Part shown: in pieces, positions 39,870 through 53,338 of the stretch
Numbering within the stretch: position 1 is the stretch's first letter
Layout: every line of letters starts with the position of its first letter
From: Negaprion brevirostris
Lineage: Eukaryota
NCBI GenBank assembly: GCA_030324005.1
Contig: JARDVH010000149.1
Span: 21,486,036 to 21,550,035, forward strand
DNA: 64,000 nucleotides
Direction of reading: 5' to 3'
Position numbers and translations under genes: made by a program
The notes under the pieces: model-generated
Databases searched by the model: none
The model's input: only the letters and a program-made list of their open reading frames with translations
What the model was told of the DNA's origin: nothing

Positions 39870-40340
39870 GATATATCTGGTGTTGCTGACACTAGTGGGG
39901 TAATCGCTGGCTTTTCAAAGCTCTGGCGGAAAGGTGAAAGTATTAGCAGCACGATGACAGGCAAGCTTCACGCATCACCTTCCAGCTCAAGCTTAATTAA
40001 ACAGCCTCTTTTCTCTTTTTTCCTTCTTCGTTCTATCATCCCTAATGAAGCAGTCTTTTCCATCGATCCTGCTGATTGCCAGGCCTCTCCTTTTGTTTGT
40101 TGGCACTGAGCCATTCAGCTGCGGTCTGACAGCTCAGCTCTGCTAATTAGCTCTGTTGTTCTTTTCCCCCATGTTTCTCCCTGTTGCAAGTTCAGGCAAA
40201 CTTGCCATAAACTTAATCCTTCTGTTCCTACCAATGGGTTCACATGCTTAAGCTGTCTCCATTGTGTGGAAGGGCAGCTTTGTCTGGGGACTGGCCCCCT
40301 TCTCAGCAAGTTCACAGCCTGACCTTTCCTGACCCTTTAC
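39870..40340. promoter_or_regulatory. Candidate conserved non-coding enhancer
   Basis: No repeat recognised; retained CpGs; TTAATTAA (39993), palindromic GCTAATTAGC (40142), TGACAG twice and CAGCTG. Conservation not tested. Confidence 0.4.
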
Positions 40341-43300
40341 TTTTCTTCAGTAGAACTGGCTACACTGAGGTCATGGTTTGAACACCCTCCCCCTCACTGC
40401 TAAACTTTTGTTGTATTCTACACAGAGTTAAATCCATGAATGCTTCAGTTAATTTACTTTGTTTTTTTTAAATTATAGAACACAGTGAATGTAGAATGGG
40501 ATCTTTTCCATGATTGATGGGATGTTGCTCACATATCTTTTGTGATTAAGATGAGTGTTAAAAATAAATATCCTAAACAAATTTGTAACTTTGTAGATTG
40601 TTTATGGTTTTACCTTTCTAGTCCTGAACGGCAGTTGACAATACAATCAACATTCCAATCAGTAAATTTGAGAATTTGACTTTCAAGCTCCTGGCACTTA
40701 TTCTAAAACATGTCCCAGGTTTCTAGTTCAACAATTCCCACAAAGCAACATCTGTGGAATCTTTACTGTTACTTCTTCACATCGAGCCCATTAATCAGAA
40801 ATTGCTCTTTAATGGTTTTAAACCAGCTGTAATAGTTCATTTGGAAAAAAAGCTTAACTGAAACGGCTAAATATATTTAAAGACTGACATTATGTTCCAT
40901 TTTGTGTCTGTCAGTAATTGATAATCCCTTTCATTATCTTGTCTAGTTTATAAATTTAAAAAAACTAGTCCAAAGCATCTGATAGACAAAACAACGAGGG
41001 AACAAAATGAGCCACAAAAGAAGCCAGCAACACAGCAGCTTCGCACCACTGTGGTTGTGAAGTCGTGTTCCAACAAGGTTCATAAGTGGGACATACCACC
41101 TTGAAGGGGAGGGGAGGGATAAAAGCAGTGCTTTTCCCTTTGAGTAGCACAGGGCTATTGGTATGAGACATTGTAAAGGAAGCTGCTGGCTGAATCCTGG
41201 ATGTTTGAACACTTATGTAAAAGGGCAGAAGCGCATGGGGTTGGTTTGGGCACGGCATTGTGGGGGAGGGCGGGGGGCAAGATGTTGTGGGGAGGTGGGC
41301 AGGGCATTGTGGGGTAGACAAACCGGTAAGAATAAAAGAGGCAAGCTATGCCATATTCAGAATAATTTTTAATTATCACAAAGTATTTGATCTATATGTT
41401 TATAGACTGTAATGGTGTTAAACATTGTTTAAACATTAAACATTGTTTACTGGCTAACAGCTATTTTATTCTGTGATTGTAAATTTTTGGCAATAATTGT
41501 ACCTTTGGATGACAATCCTGAACATGTTTCAGCCCAGCAGCACTACATGCTACTTATTAGTTTTCTTAATTGCCTTTAAATGGCAACTGTATTAGGTGAT
41601 AACATCCAAAAACATTGGTTCCAACACTTTAATGCTTCAATATCACCAGATAAAACTGCTCTGCATTTCAACTGGGAGTAAATCAACTCTGTTTTGCAGC
41701 TCTCAGATCCCTCGCATAAGCTTTTACTCATTGAGAAATAAGACACTGCATTGATAGACTACTCATGGGTGTATGTATCTACAATTCCAAAATCCAGATG
41801 ACTGTGAGTGTAACTATTGCTTTTCAGGAATAAGTTCCATTCCTCTTATGTGATGTTAGCTCTTTTTTTTCCAATGAAGAACCCTTTTCGTCCATGTGAT
41901 ATGAAGATGCACGGTCATTTCTGTAGTTGGAATAAAGACACTTGCTCAGGAATGAACAGCTAGCATCTTTTAACACGTTACCCTTCTCGGGCTCGGACGC
42001 AGCCCTTCCCCTGTATTTCAATTTCTTGTATTACATCCCCTTTATAATTCTGGCACTTTCTGATTGGATGACGCCCCATGGGCCCCCTGCAGCAGAGAGA
42101 AATGGCAATGGGGGCAGAAAAAAGTCACATTGAGAGGGATGGCAGGGAAGGAAAAGCAGTTGTCAAAGGGAGCCTGAACCCGGGGCAAGCAAGCCCGTGA
42201 GTCAGATCTATGCACCACCTACATGCCTTCTGTTCACACATTTTAAATATTTTATGCTATAGAATGTTCCAACCACAAATGATATATTTCTTACATTATC
42301 TACCAGGTTATTAGATAGGAAATTTTACAGTAGCTGTCTTGGGATGTTGAAGATGCCGACAAGGCAATATTTATTGTTTATTCTAGTTGTTCCATGGGCA
42401 TTAATACAACCATATATGGTGGGTCTGAAGATACATGCAGACCAGATCAGGCAGGGATTATTTTCTATGATAATCCACAAATTATTAGATTTGTTGAGTT
42501 CAATTTTATAATTTGCAATGCTAAAATTTAAACTTAATCTCTAGGTGGTTACTCCAATACCATAATCACTGGGCTACCATCCTCCTTTTATTATTGGGAT
42601 TCTCCTAGTTGATGAAAGCTTATAACCAAGTTTTACTTACCAGAAAAGTGCAGTTTGGTTTGCAGTGAGAATATCAGCAACCATACTAATGTGTATAGGA
42701 GCCTTGTGAAGTGTTATTACTAGAGTCCTCAGAACCATTGGTCCACCTGATTTCTATAGCACTGCCAACAGAAAGTTTTTTGGCTTGGAAAACCTTGCCA
42801 AACTCGATGGCTGGTATAATACAAAATATAAGCTCTAATCTGAAAGCAGGCTTTTTTAAATACGATGTATTGGATTGATGCTATGTTTATTATTTCAACC
42901 GTCTACACACTATAGAGTTAACCCAATTATGCAAGATGAAAGATACTTTTTCACCATTTGCATAATGCTGTGTTATTCAGTATTAATATGTCATGGAATT
43001 CTTTGCGAGTCACTTAAGTACACTGTAGAATACTTCACTGAAAGCTGAGAATCTATTGCAATAAAGTTATCTGTGGTTTAAGAGAGCCAATATCCTGGGC
43101 TGGCTTAATGTTTAATCCAATCTCAGACTTCAGGGTATTGTATATAAGCTATGATATCATGCAAATCTGTTGCTTGAGGTACAGTGTTGGGAATCATTCC
43201 CTGATACCTACCCATTGATTTGGGGCCTCTAAATATGCACTTTTTAAGCATGCTCACAGCATGGTGAGCTTTGCACACCTTGGCTACTTTAACCGTTTCT

Positions 43301-44075
43301 GCTCTTAGTGCTCAAAGATTCCACTTTTAAGGTGACAGAATATTGGTTACATGTTACAAGCTACATGAAACATTTGTTGTATTATGCGTACAAGGAACTT
43401 GCTGTCTTTGTTTATGGATTTGTGACCCTGAATCTGTCTAAATTTTCCCATCTGCCGGGTTCAAGATGCAGGTATCTCTTAATGTTCAGTATATTTCACA
43501 TAAGTAGCATTGGTTTGATTTCACTATATTTAGGCACATGTTTAAAATAATGTTGGAAGAAGTCCTTATTAATTCAGGTATGGTGTTCGTTAGCTGATTG
43601 AACATGAGTTGTTCTGATCAGTTGAAGACGTGTTTGATGACCTACAAGCAGTTATTGGTTGGTAGCAGGCTTCCAATGTTTAAATAAGTTTAGGAAATTG
43701 TTTTTTTTTAACCCATTAGCGAAAGCTACATCATTATTTCATTGCATCTGGGTTTGACATTGGTTCATCCTCTATTTTTTACCGCCTCTACTGGGTTGAC
43801 CAAGGTTTCCTTTGAAGAATAATGAATAACAAGTTTGGCGCAGAGAATGTTGACAAACTAAAACTAAAGTGATGACAAGTTCTCTGCCTAGGTTTGTTCT
43901 GTAACTGTGTAGTCTGTCCTCAGTCTGCATATGTATATTTTCGTTATTACTTGAACTGTCTAATCTGTACTCTGGACTCTAATCTCTGGACACCTAGAAT
44001 TGTTCTTTTGAGATAATGTCTGCAATTGTTTTTAATACTAACAAGTTTCTTTCTAATATAAATGTGTGTACACAG

Positions 44076-44164
44076 GCACGTCCTCCAAGGCCACCAGTTA
44101 AGAAACCAAGGGGTAATGCGTTGCCAGTTGAGGCTCGGATATCCTCCATTTCAAGCCCAGAGCA
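44076..44164 (+). CDS. DENND1A: DENND1A coding exon (ARPPRPPVKKPRGNALPVEARISSISSPE+CA)
   Basis: cacag|GCACGT...GAGCA|gtaagt; 89 nt, phase 0-2. Similar to recalled human VRPPRPHVVKRPKSNIAVEGRRTSVPSPE. Confidence 0.92.
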
Positions 44165-47159
44165 GTAAGTATTGGCTGCCAACTTTCACAGTTAAAGGTT
44201 AATATAAAAAACTGAACATTTATAACAGTTCTTACAGTTCACACTTAAAACTTTCTATTTAATAACCCGTTTAAACCTGGCATTCTCAATTTGCAGATAA
44301 TTAAAAGTAAGCTGAGCATACTGGCCCTGAATTTAGCATATTGAATGCTTTTATTCTTGACTAAACTGCATTGTCAGATAACATGGTAGATGTGACAAGT
44401 GTTTTACTGTGCAACTTCAGTTAATATTTCTCATGTTATACTATAGAAAGAGTTGTGAGACATGTCATGTACTTCAAAATACACCTAACATGTTCATCTT
44501 AGTTAAACAGAAGTATTTTTTAAAGCCTAAAAACGTCAAAATGTTTACATATTTTGTACCAATCTTTTAACATTAATTTTCATACATTGCCTACTCCCAT
44601 ATCTCCAATGATGTTTTTCAGATTGTCTTACTGTCAGTCTTGGCGTAACAGTGTTAGCTCGGTAATGTGTGTCTGAGGTGTCCACTCACCTATGTTAGGA
44701 AAACATATCTCTGCTTTTGAGCTTGTTTTGGTTTCACTAAACATGGTAACAGATTGTTGAAATAGAAAATTGACTATTGTGATCACAATCATTCTATTTT
44801 CCACTGGTGGTGATACCAGGGTGAATAAAGCAAACTGACAATTTGTTCAGCTTTATTCTGCATTGTTATCAATAATTAATTAAAATAACAGAAGAGGTGC
44901 TGTCATGTGGGGATGCAAAAAGATCGACGTGTGCCAGACTGGGTTGTGGTCAGGAAAGAACAGCAAGCAGAATTACAAGCATGAAGTGATCTACATTGTG
45001 GTCAACAAGTTAATCTTTCAGAATTTGGTGCAGTTCAAATAATTTGGGTCTTTCTGTTTTTAAAATGATGAGAAGTTTGAACACAGAATGAAATATTGCA
45101 CCTTTCCATGTATCCCACTATTGTTCCTGTCTGCTATCACGTGAAAGGCAAGTGTATGCACTTTTAAGTGAAACAGTAGCAACAAATGTAAATGTCACAA
45201 GGAAAAGATGCTCAAATATTTATACCTAGTGACCGATGGTGTAATGGAGGGCATTCAGTTTCTTTTGACTTACCCTTGTTTTTTTTATTTTATCTGCGCC
45301 CAAATGTTGCTGTGGTGATGACAGCAAAATTGTTTGCGTTGGCCATCATTACGCCACTGAAACTAATCTCAGCTTCTGGAGATCGCACATTAACAGAATA
45401 GTACAGAAATTTAGAAATTGCTGCCAGTGATTCCAAGTTTCTTCAGAGAGCACCCACACCTTCTGTTCGCCCCCAGACCACAAACATGCCAATAAATGGA
45501 ATTGCTGAGAACTTCCACTCAGACATACTTAGTCTCCTGTAAAACCCCTTAACAATGTTGCACCTTATCGAATGAAGTGTTAACTGAGTTTTTAATGGCA
45601 CTCTAACCTCACAATTATCATGAAACACCCTGGCCATAAGAAGCTAATTTTATATTATTGGAATGTCAAATTTCTATATAATAAAAAACCCACATTTTTT
45701 TTAAAAAATCTTTATTTAACCTGCTATCTTAATCCAATTATAATTCATTTCACTATTGAAAAACTAAAGCGATAGTGTAGGATTAGAAGCACATTACTGT
45801 TTGTGAATACCCCAGTTTGATTAGCTGCCTATCTGCTCAGTGCTGCTGCTGGTCAAACAGCATGAATTAGCACCAGATTTAAACTTCCATTGGGAAAGGG
45901 AAAAACCATGCTTCGAGCCTTGCTTTACTGTTGACAACAAAATCCAGGCCAATGTTTGCTGAATCATTCTCCATGTTGGGAATCCAGTATCACCAACAAG
46001 TACTTACAGATGTAGAATAAAGTTTTCTTCTTATTAACAATTTGGGAGGTAGTGGGTTGGTGGCAGGGTAATGGGGGAGAGAGTTGGACTTACTTTTTAT
46101 TTATAAGATGTTTATGATTGCATAGGCAAGGCCTTTTCTCCATTTGTTTTCAGCCCAAACTGGCATCCACCATTACAATGCCAATAAAGATTTTTCAACA
46201 CACTGCCATTCTTCAAGCTTTTTTGAATAAAGTTGCAAGTTTGGTGTCAAATTGTGAATCATTCAATCCTTTAGGCTGCATTTATTAGAAACTGTGATGT
46301 GACTGTTCAAGCCTACTTTATGTATGACCCTTATAGCCTATTAATCTGGTCTGAATTCAAACCCAAGTTTCAGAAGTCAATACGCCATGTCCTGAACCAA
46401 TGTAGCATTCAGTTTTTCTCTAAACTCTTTCTTCAATGCACTTTTTAAACTTTCACATATTATAAGCCCATAGTCACTTACTCACATCTTTATGCAGTTG
46501 AGAATTGATTCCTGTCCACCTTCATCTTTCACAAACCAACTAAATCGAGAATTCTTGGGCCGTAGTTCTTTCAATCATCGCTTTATCATTCACAAGAATT
46601 GTGGTTCCTTGTGCCATTGAGTCAGATTTGGAATCTTCTTTACTTCACCCAATTTGAGAAACGTCCAATGTTGCAGCCTCCTTTCCTGTGACTTGAAGGT
46701 TAGTGTTCCCCATGCTCCCTGATTCATTATTGAAGGTCAGTCTGTTAGGACTAGTATCCTACTGTTTGGAATTACCTTTCAAAGTTGTTTTGCCTTGTTA
46801 CTCTCTCTGCCCCTGACTTCAAGCCACCCCTTCCTCCTACTTTAACTGTGTTTGTTAACTTCCCTCTACTTTCTGCACTGCCCTTTCTCTCCTTGCCACT
46901 TGCCACCCGCCGCCACACACACACAGCCCCCCGCCCCCCCCAAAAAATCAGATANNNNNNNNNNATCTGACTTCTGCTCAGTGCCCACATATCTGCTTTG
47001 TTAAATGTTCAGGGAAATTTATTAGCATTTCATCTGCATATTGCAGCCAATTCTATTCACCACCTGGGGAATATTTGAAGGATTCAGGGTTTGTGGTATA
47101 GAAAATTACTGTAATGGTCCTGAAGAATAGTGGTTTTAGTTATTAACAGAGATTAAAAA

Positions 47160-47550
47160 TCCTGGGACTGTTACCCCAGAGCAAAAACAGATAAGGGGAG
47201 ATTCAATGGAGATACTTAAAATCGTGAAGGCCTTTGATAGAATCAGCAGAAACTGTATCCAACGGCAGAAGGGCTGTGAACCAGAATACCTAGACTGGGA
47301 ACCAGAGACAGCATGATTGAAAAAAAAATATGCTTTGTATTGTTATGATGTGGAAAACGCTGTCTGGAGGGCGATGGATGCAGATTCAGTCACAACTTTA
47401 AAAAGGGGATTGGACATTTGGAGGAGGAAAAATTTTCTGGGCTGTGGCAAAACTCATGGAAGTGGCACTAACGTGTATCTGTTTCAAAGTACCAGTGTAG
47501 CCTTAATGGGCTGACTGGCCTGCTTCTGCATTGTATCATTCAACAATTCA
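47160..47550 (+). mobile_element. Old CR1 3' fragment
   Basis: ATAAGGGGAGATTCAATGGAGATACTTAAAATCGTGAAGGCCTTTGATAGA (RGDxxExxKIxxxFDR-like) and tail ATGGGCTGACTGGCCTGCTTCTGCATTGTATCATTC. Confidence 0.7.
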
Positions 47551-48339
47551 ATGGAAGTTGGAATCGCTATATAAATGAAAGATTTTCATATTGTATAAAA
47601 TGGAGAAGAGATAGATAACCTCATGATAATGATTTCTTCTGTCTGAAAATCCTAGTGGACAGGTTAGTTAGCTGTTAAGACAGTTCATTTAAAAGATTCT
47701 TGCCTAGTCCAGCAGAGAGTACCAAGGAATTCTTAATAGTGTTCAAACAAAATATCAGCAATTCCAGCCATGCCTTTTAGTAGTTGAATGGATTTCACTC
47801 ATGCTAAGGACCTTGTGTAAACAACACACCCTTTAAATTCACACGTCAGCTGTGCAAAACGCAAATTTTAGATTTTAAATCTTAACGATCTCAAAGACTT
47901 AGCAAGATTCTCTGGGTCAGACTAAATCCAAAACTCTAATAATTTCTGGATGTAATTCATGATATGCAGAGCAGAAATGTGCGTGATATAATAAATCATA
48001 TTTTTCCAGGGTTTTTTTGCGCAAAGCTGGCCAGTTACAATTTCCTTCCAGTTAATGGGTGAAGAGTGTAAAGGACTGAGAATATATCTGTGCAATTGTC
48101 AGTTAGAAAATAGTAGATTAAATTGATGATTACAGTAAGCGCATACATGCAAGTCAGTCAGCCAGTATGTAATAGATATGAAACTGAATTATATATTGAG
48201 ACCTAGGGCAGCCTGACTATTTCTTTTACAAAGTGGTTTATTTTCACAGAATTGTGATTCTGTATCGTGCCTGATCATTCAATCTGAGGTTCTTAATGCT
48301 TGAATTTATTTGGTGTGCAAGTGTATTTTTCTGTGATTG

Positions 48340-48960
48340 AAGCTAGATAATATGTCAGGTTAGACCGTAATTCAGCAATAAATTCTTTCTTGTTATCTCA
48401 TGTTGCCGCCATCCCAGTGGCTTTATGTTTTGATCATTGCAGCAGTAAGCCATGACAATATAGACCTGTTCTTCCAAAGCACCATTGATATGTATGAATT
48501 TAGACAGAGGACTGGACAAGACTGACAAACTGAACCCTTTATCTCTATTAACACATTTTGCACATGAAATAAACTCACTTCTCATTAAACACCAAACTGT
48601 GGCAGACACAGTTGACCTGAAAAAGAAACATGACCCAGTGCAGAAGAAAGCTAAGCTGAGTAATAATCCTGTTTCATACTGTTGGCTGTAATGCTTGCAC
48701 GTTTATTAACTCGCTCATTTTTTCATACAAACTTTAAGTAATAAGCTGCCAAACAAAATAGAATTGTGAATAGTGTTCTCTTTCGTTGGAAGGTGTGGGT
48801 TTGTACCTGCATTGGACAGGCTATGAGAGAAGCTACTCAACACAGGAAAGTAGCTTCCCTGCAGAAAATGGGCACGCAGTTAAACAGGTTACTCTTTGCA
48901 TGTTGCAGCAGCCATCTGTGAAGGCTGAGCAAAGAATACCTACCTGTTGTCCTCAGTGAG
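48340..48960. promoter_or_regulatory. Candidate conserved non-coding enhancer
   Basis: Non-repetitive block with several TGACA/TGTCA, TAAT, TTTATG/TTTATT and ACAAT motifs. Conservation not tested. Confidence 0.35.
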
Positions 48961-51900
48961 GCAATTAGATGCAACACAGAATTACCGAGAAAGGAAGAAA
49001 ACAATTCTCACAATTTATTAGGATGAAACCAGTGACGTGATTCCCAATTTTTTTAAAGTTTTGTTTAACTTGATAATCTTGTTACATCAAGAGTCAGACT
49101 CAGATATTCATTTAGACCTATTTGTTTTGTTTTTTAAATTAGTAATATTTTTAATGTCAAGTTCTTATTTTAATTTGTTTTGCAGCATATACCTTTTCCA
49201 TCATCATAAATCTTCAATTCAGCTAAGCTAAATGAGCACAGGCGTTTAAATCTTTTGAAATCAGATATTTCTTCCCTAAATATGCACATATGTTATGCTA
49301 TACTTTCATAAATTCTTAGATATTTTAATTCTGAAGGTTGTTAAATAGAATAACTTCTTTTTGTGAAATCTGAAAATAATTTAATCATCGTAAATTGCAG
49401 TCCAGTTCTGTTTAAAAACAAGAACACGTTTGTATGTATTGTCACCAAAAGCAATATTATCAAGTAACTTTAAGTTAGATGAGTGTCCCTACTTAAGATA
49501 ACCTGCCTTCAGTGTTTCCACCCATGTTATGCTTTACTTCTCTTGTGTAGCTTTACTGCCTCCTTGTGGAATAGGGCAGGCAATGCAGTACAGAGTAACT
49601 TGAAAGTAAGTGTTTTAATAACAATTATTATTCTGTTATTTTCTTCTATTTTACTGCACTTATCAAGTAGAAATAAAATTGATGTCGCTTAAAAGGTCTG
49701 TCTGTGGGGATATAACTTAATGGTTCACATTCACTTTAAAACAAAATTAAATCTCCATTCAAAACTTAAACTTTGCATTGTGCTTGCCTTATAGTCTCAA
49801 TTAATTTAATCAATGTATCGTATTTAAGATGATGCAACCTTTCAACATTATTTGCTCTTAGATATAACATTTGACACACAAAATATTGAGAATTTTATCC
49901 ATTCATATTTCGAGAGTCCCTATGCACTGATTATGTATTAGAAATCAGTGAGGGCTGTAGTTTTAAATTGATAGTAACCTACTAATAATTGATTCCATGT
50001 AGCTCTTTAATTTGACAGTGGAAACAATCTCCTCTAAGGTTTTGTAATATTTTTAATTAGGACTGAACATTGGCCTCTGCTGCACTGGTCAGGTAATTTA
50101 TAATTGAGCTCCATTAGAAAAGGGTGTGGAAGGATATACCCCAATGCATTAAAATTTACATATTTTGTTAGCATTTTACCATTACTTGTATATAAAACTA
50201 TATGAATATCATTAATATTTAGCAAACAATTCACCGCTTCGGACATATATGAATTCCGATGAGCTGCTAGTTCCTTTGAGACAAAGTGCTGTAGAGGTTA
50301 ATACATTCAGCATGCAAAATCTACTTTTTTAATTGATGCATTTCAATTAAATGTTTCATTTTGCTTCCTGGTGTAATGTTAATAGGGCTAAATGCACTGT
50401 ATTTTTTAATAGAAATCTTTAGAATGAATTGGGAGGGAGAAGCTCTCAGTTATATTTCTTCTTTGTCACTCAAGGCACTTGGGTAAATACACAGCAGCAA
50501 GATGTGAAGGCCATGCAATCTGAGAGAGCAACANNNNNNNNNNNNNNNNNNNGCAACTTTCGTTTCTTCACTGCCTTTAATGTAGCAAAATGTCCCAGGG
50601 ACGTAAGAGTGCAGATATCTCTAAATGTTGAAGAGCGGGGGATGTTTACCGTGAGTCGGGGGAGAAGTCATGGAACAATCTGAAAACAAGGATGAGAACT
50701 TCGAAATTGAGTAATTGTTAAGCAGGAACCAATGTTGATCAGCAAGAATAGGGCTGATAGGTGAACAGGCCTAGTGCAAGCAAGGACACAAGCTAGAGAG
50801 TTTTGAATGGCCTTAAGAAATTTCTTTGTTTCTGAGGTTCAGAGTTACAGCAACATCTTCAGATTATTTTCAGGTGATATTGTCTTTTGAACTCTAGATA
50901 CCTTGGCTGCTAAACTCATGCTTTCATTAAACTACCTTGTTTGTTCAACTTTCTTAACACAATATTGCAGTGAAGTTCTTAATTTCATGCATCACTTTTT
51001 GTTTACAGCACGCAAAGGATGCAAGATATTCTTCAGGGTTCTTAAAGGATTATCAAAGGAATCCACTTATTTCTTCTCAGTTAGCCCACATCATTTACAT
51101 GTTACCTTTCCATCACTCACCTTCGGGGCATTTCACTTCCTTGCTATTCCCTCTTGTTCGTTAGATTCATCTGAGGCTCCCAGCCTTAGTGTGGCTAATA
51201 TTGTGTTTATGATGCCGTGGTATGTAGGTAGATCCAACATGGCCACTCTTATTGCAAAAGTAATTATCTGTGTAACTGAATAGATCACTTCAGAAAACAT
51301 CAAGAGTTAACCACATGATGTCACAAGCAGACCAAACATGGTAGGATATGAGTGAAGGAGTTGGGATACTAACAACAATCCAGCAGCTTTCATAGCCTTT
51401 TTTCCCCTCTGATGCCTGCCTAAAATTACTAGCTTTGTGAGTTCAATTTCAGAATTTGTGTTGGTGGAATTTGAAGTTAGAGCAATGGAATATTGAAGAA
51501 CAATTCATGTGTGACATTGGGGCCCATGAGCTGCATTTCCTGATAAGTTGTGAATTCTTCATGGTGTCCTATCACACAACACCAGTCCATTCTATAAAAT
51601 AGAGTGGATCTTATTGTGAATGGTTACATTGCAGTGTGTACAATGTAAGAAAATTGCTATGTGGCAGTCGGCTTCTATATGAGTTGATGCAAAAACTGCA
51701 AGTAATCCCAGAATTTGTTTATTTCATTCAATATTTAAAGTATAATAGGTAAAAAAATGTTTCAACAATACAAACTTTAAATTAACAGAATACAAACAAT
51801 GTCTACAAATGAATTGGCTCATCAACCCTTTGATCAGTATAGAAAATATTGACTGCGCTTCAGGTCTCTGCATACATTGAAGTGGCAACATGCCTGTGCA

Positions 51901-52710
51901 AAAGGGCATCCTTTGCTGCACAAAAATTAGGCACCAGCAGTAAAATGAGGTGTGTTGGGATGCCACAGAGCCTTACAGCACCAGCTCTTGCTTCTGATTG
52001 CTCATATTCCATGCTGCCAGGTTTGGAGACCAGCCACTTCCACAGCGGGGGAGAAAAACAATCATAGAGACACACAAGGTAGTGGCAAATTGCAGAACGA
52101 CTTTGGCAAAAGCCCAGAAACAATTTGCCTGCCTTCCCTCAGCCAGAAGATGCTACATTACACAAGAGGACCAAAGGAAGTGGAAACAAATTAAAATAGA
52201 TTTCAGTTGACAACAATTGAAATGGTTGTGGTTTTATTCCCAGTCAGCCTTTGAGAAAATTATAAATATAAATTATTATTTTTAATGAGTGCTCCCAAAA
52301 TGAGAACACGTCAGCTGAAACCCTTTTAAAAAAATGCTTGTTATTTTGTTAAAACAATCTCTAATTGAAAATTTAATTAATTTTATCATTTGTTCTTGTT
52401 TTGTTGCAATTGTAAATGTCAATAATTTTATCAACAGCCAGTAAATTTAAATAGATTAGTATATTGTTAAGTTGCTGTGTGCCTTGAATATTTCTAGGAT
52501 AGTATGAAAATACTTATGCATGAAACGTGAGTTCAGAACACTCTTTGTGAGCATGATTAATTCTCTATGATAATGTAGTAATAAAGTCCTGAATTTTGGC
52601 ATATTCTAGACAAGCATTGTGGATCAAACATTTAGGTGACATCTTAAAGGATCCCGAATGACAGTGCATTGGAACAATGTTCTGAAGCACTGTCTTTTCA
52701 CCTTCACCAG

Positions 52711-52780
52711 GTCCGAAGCCAGCCCAAGCAAAAGGGATGATGTTCCATTTTCTGTATCAGCCATTCAGGATCTCAACTGA
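52711..52780 (+). CDS. Candidate alternative terminal coding exon of DENND1A ((Q)SEASPSKRDDVPFSVSAIQDLN*)
   Basis: Acceptor ctgtcttttcaccttcaccag|G is in the right phase to follow exon 44076-44164, giving 22 further codons and TGA. A 3'UTR-like stretch follows, ending in AATAAA at 53339. No transcript evidence. Confidence 0.45.
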
Positions 52781-53338
52781 AAATCATCATTGCAGACCAG
52801 TTAAGAACTGGATCAGAATCTTCTGTGAATCTCATGTCTGCTGTACAAAACTACCCCAAGCCAGCCNNNNNNNNNNNNNNNNNNNNNNNNNNNNNNNNNN
52901 NNNNNNNNNNNNNNNNNNNNNNNNNNNNNNNNNNNNNNNNNNNNNNNNNNNNNNNNNNNNNNNNNNAAAACTACCCCAAGCCAGCCATTAATGTTTGCTC
53001 TGAGATGGTCTTGGAGAAAGAGCAATTGTTGGTCACAAAGTGCATGGTTGACGTTTGACGCCATTGCAGAATGCAAAGCAGTTGAGAATGAAACTATTTC
53101 CGAGAAATGTAACTGAACGTGTACAACAGATTTGGTTTAGGGTGGTCCAAAGAAGGACTTGCAGCCCTCATACGTATCTCTATACCGACTATATTGCTTC
53201 ATATTTTGTACAACTATTTTTCCAAAAGAAATATTATATAGTATATAACTGTATTTATTTGATTTTGAACACTATATCCCTATAGAATAGATTGCTACCA
53301 TATTTATGCGACTTCATATCAGACAAGGTTCCTTGTAA

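Noticed and set aside
52847-52986. Identical 20-mers flanking a 100-N gap (similar cases at 5428-5563 and 8821-9228)
   Set aside because: Typical of unmerged overlapping contig ends or haplotype differences, not TSDs or CRISPR repeats.
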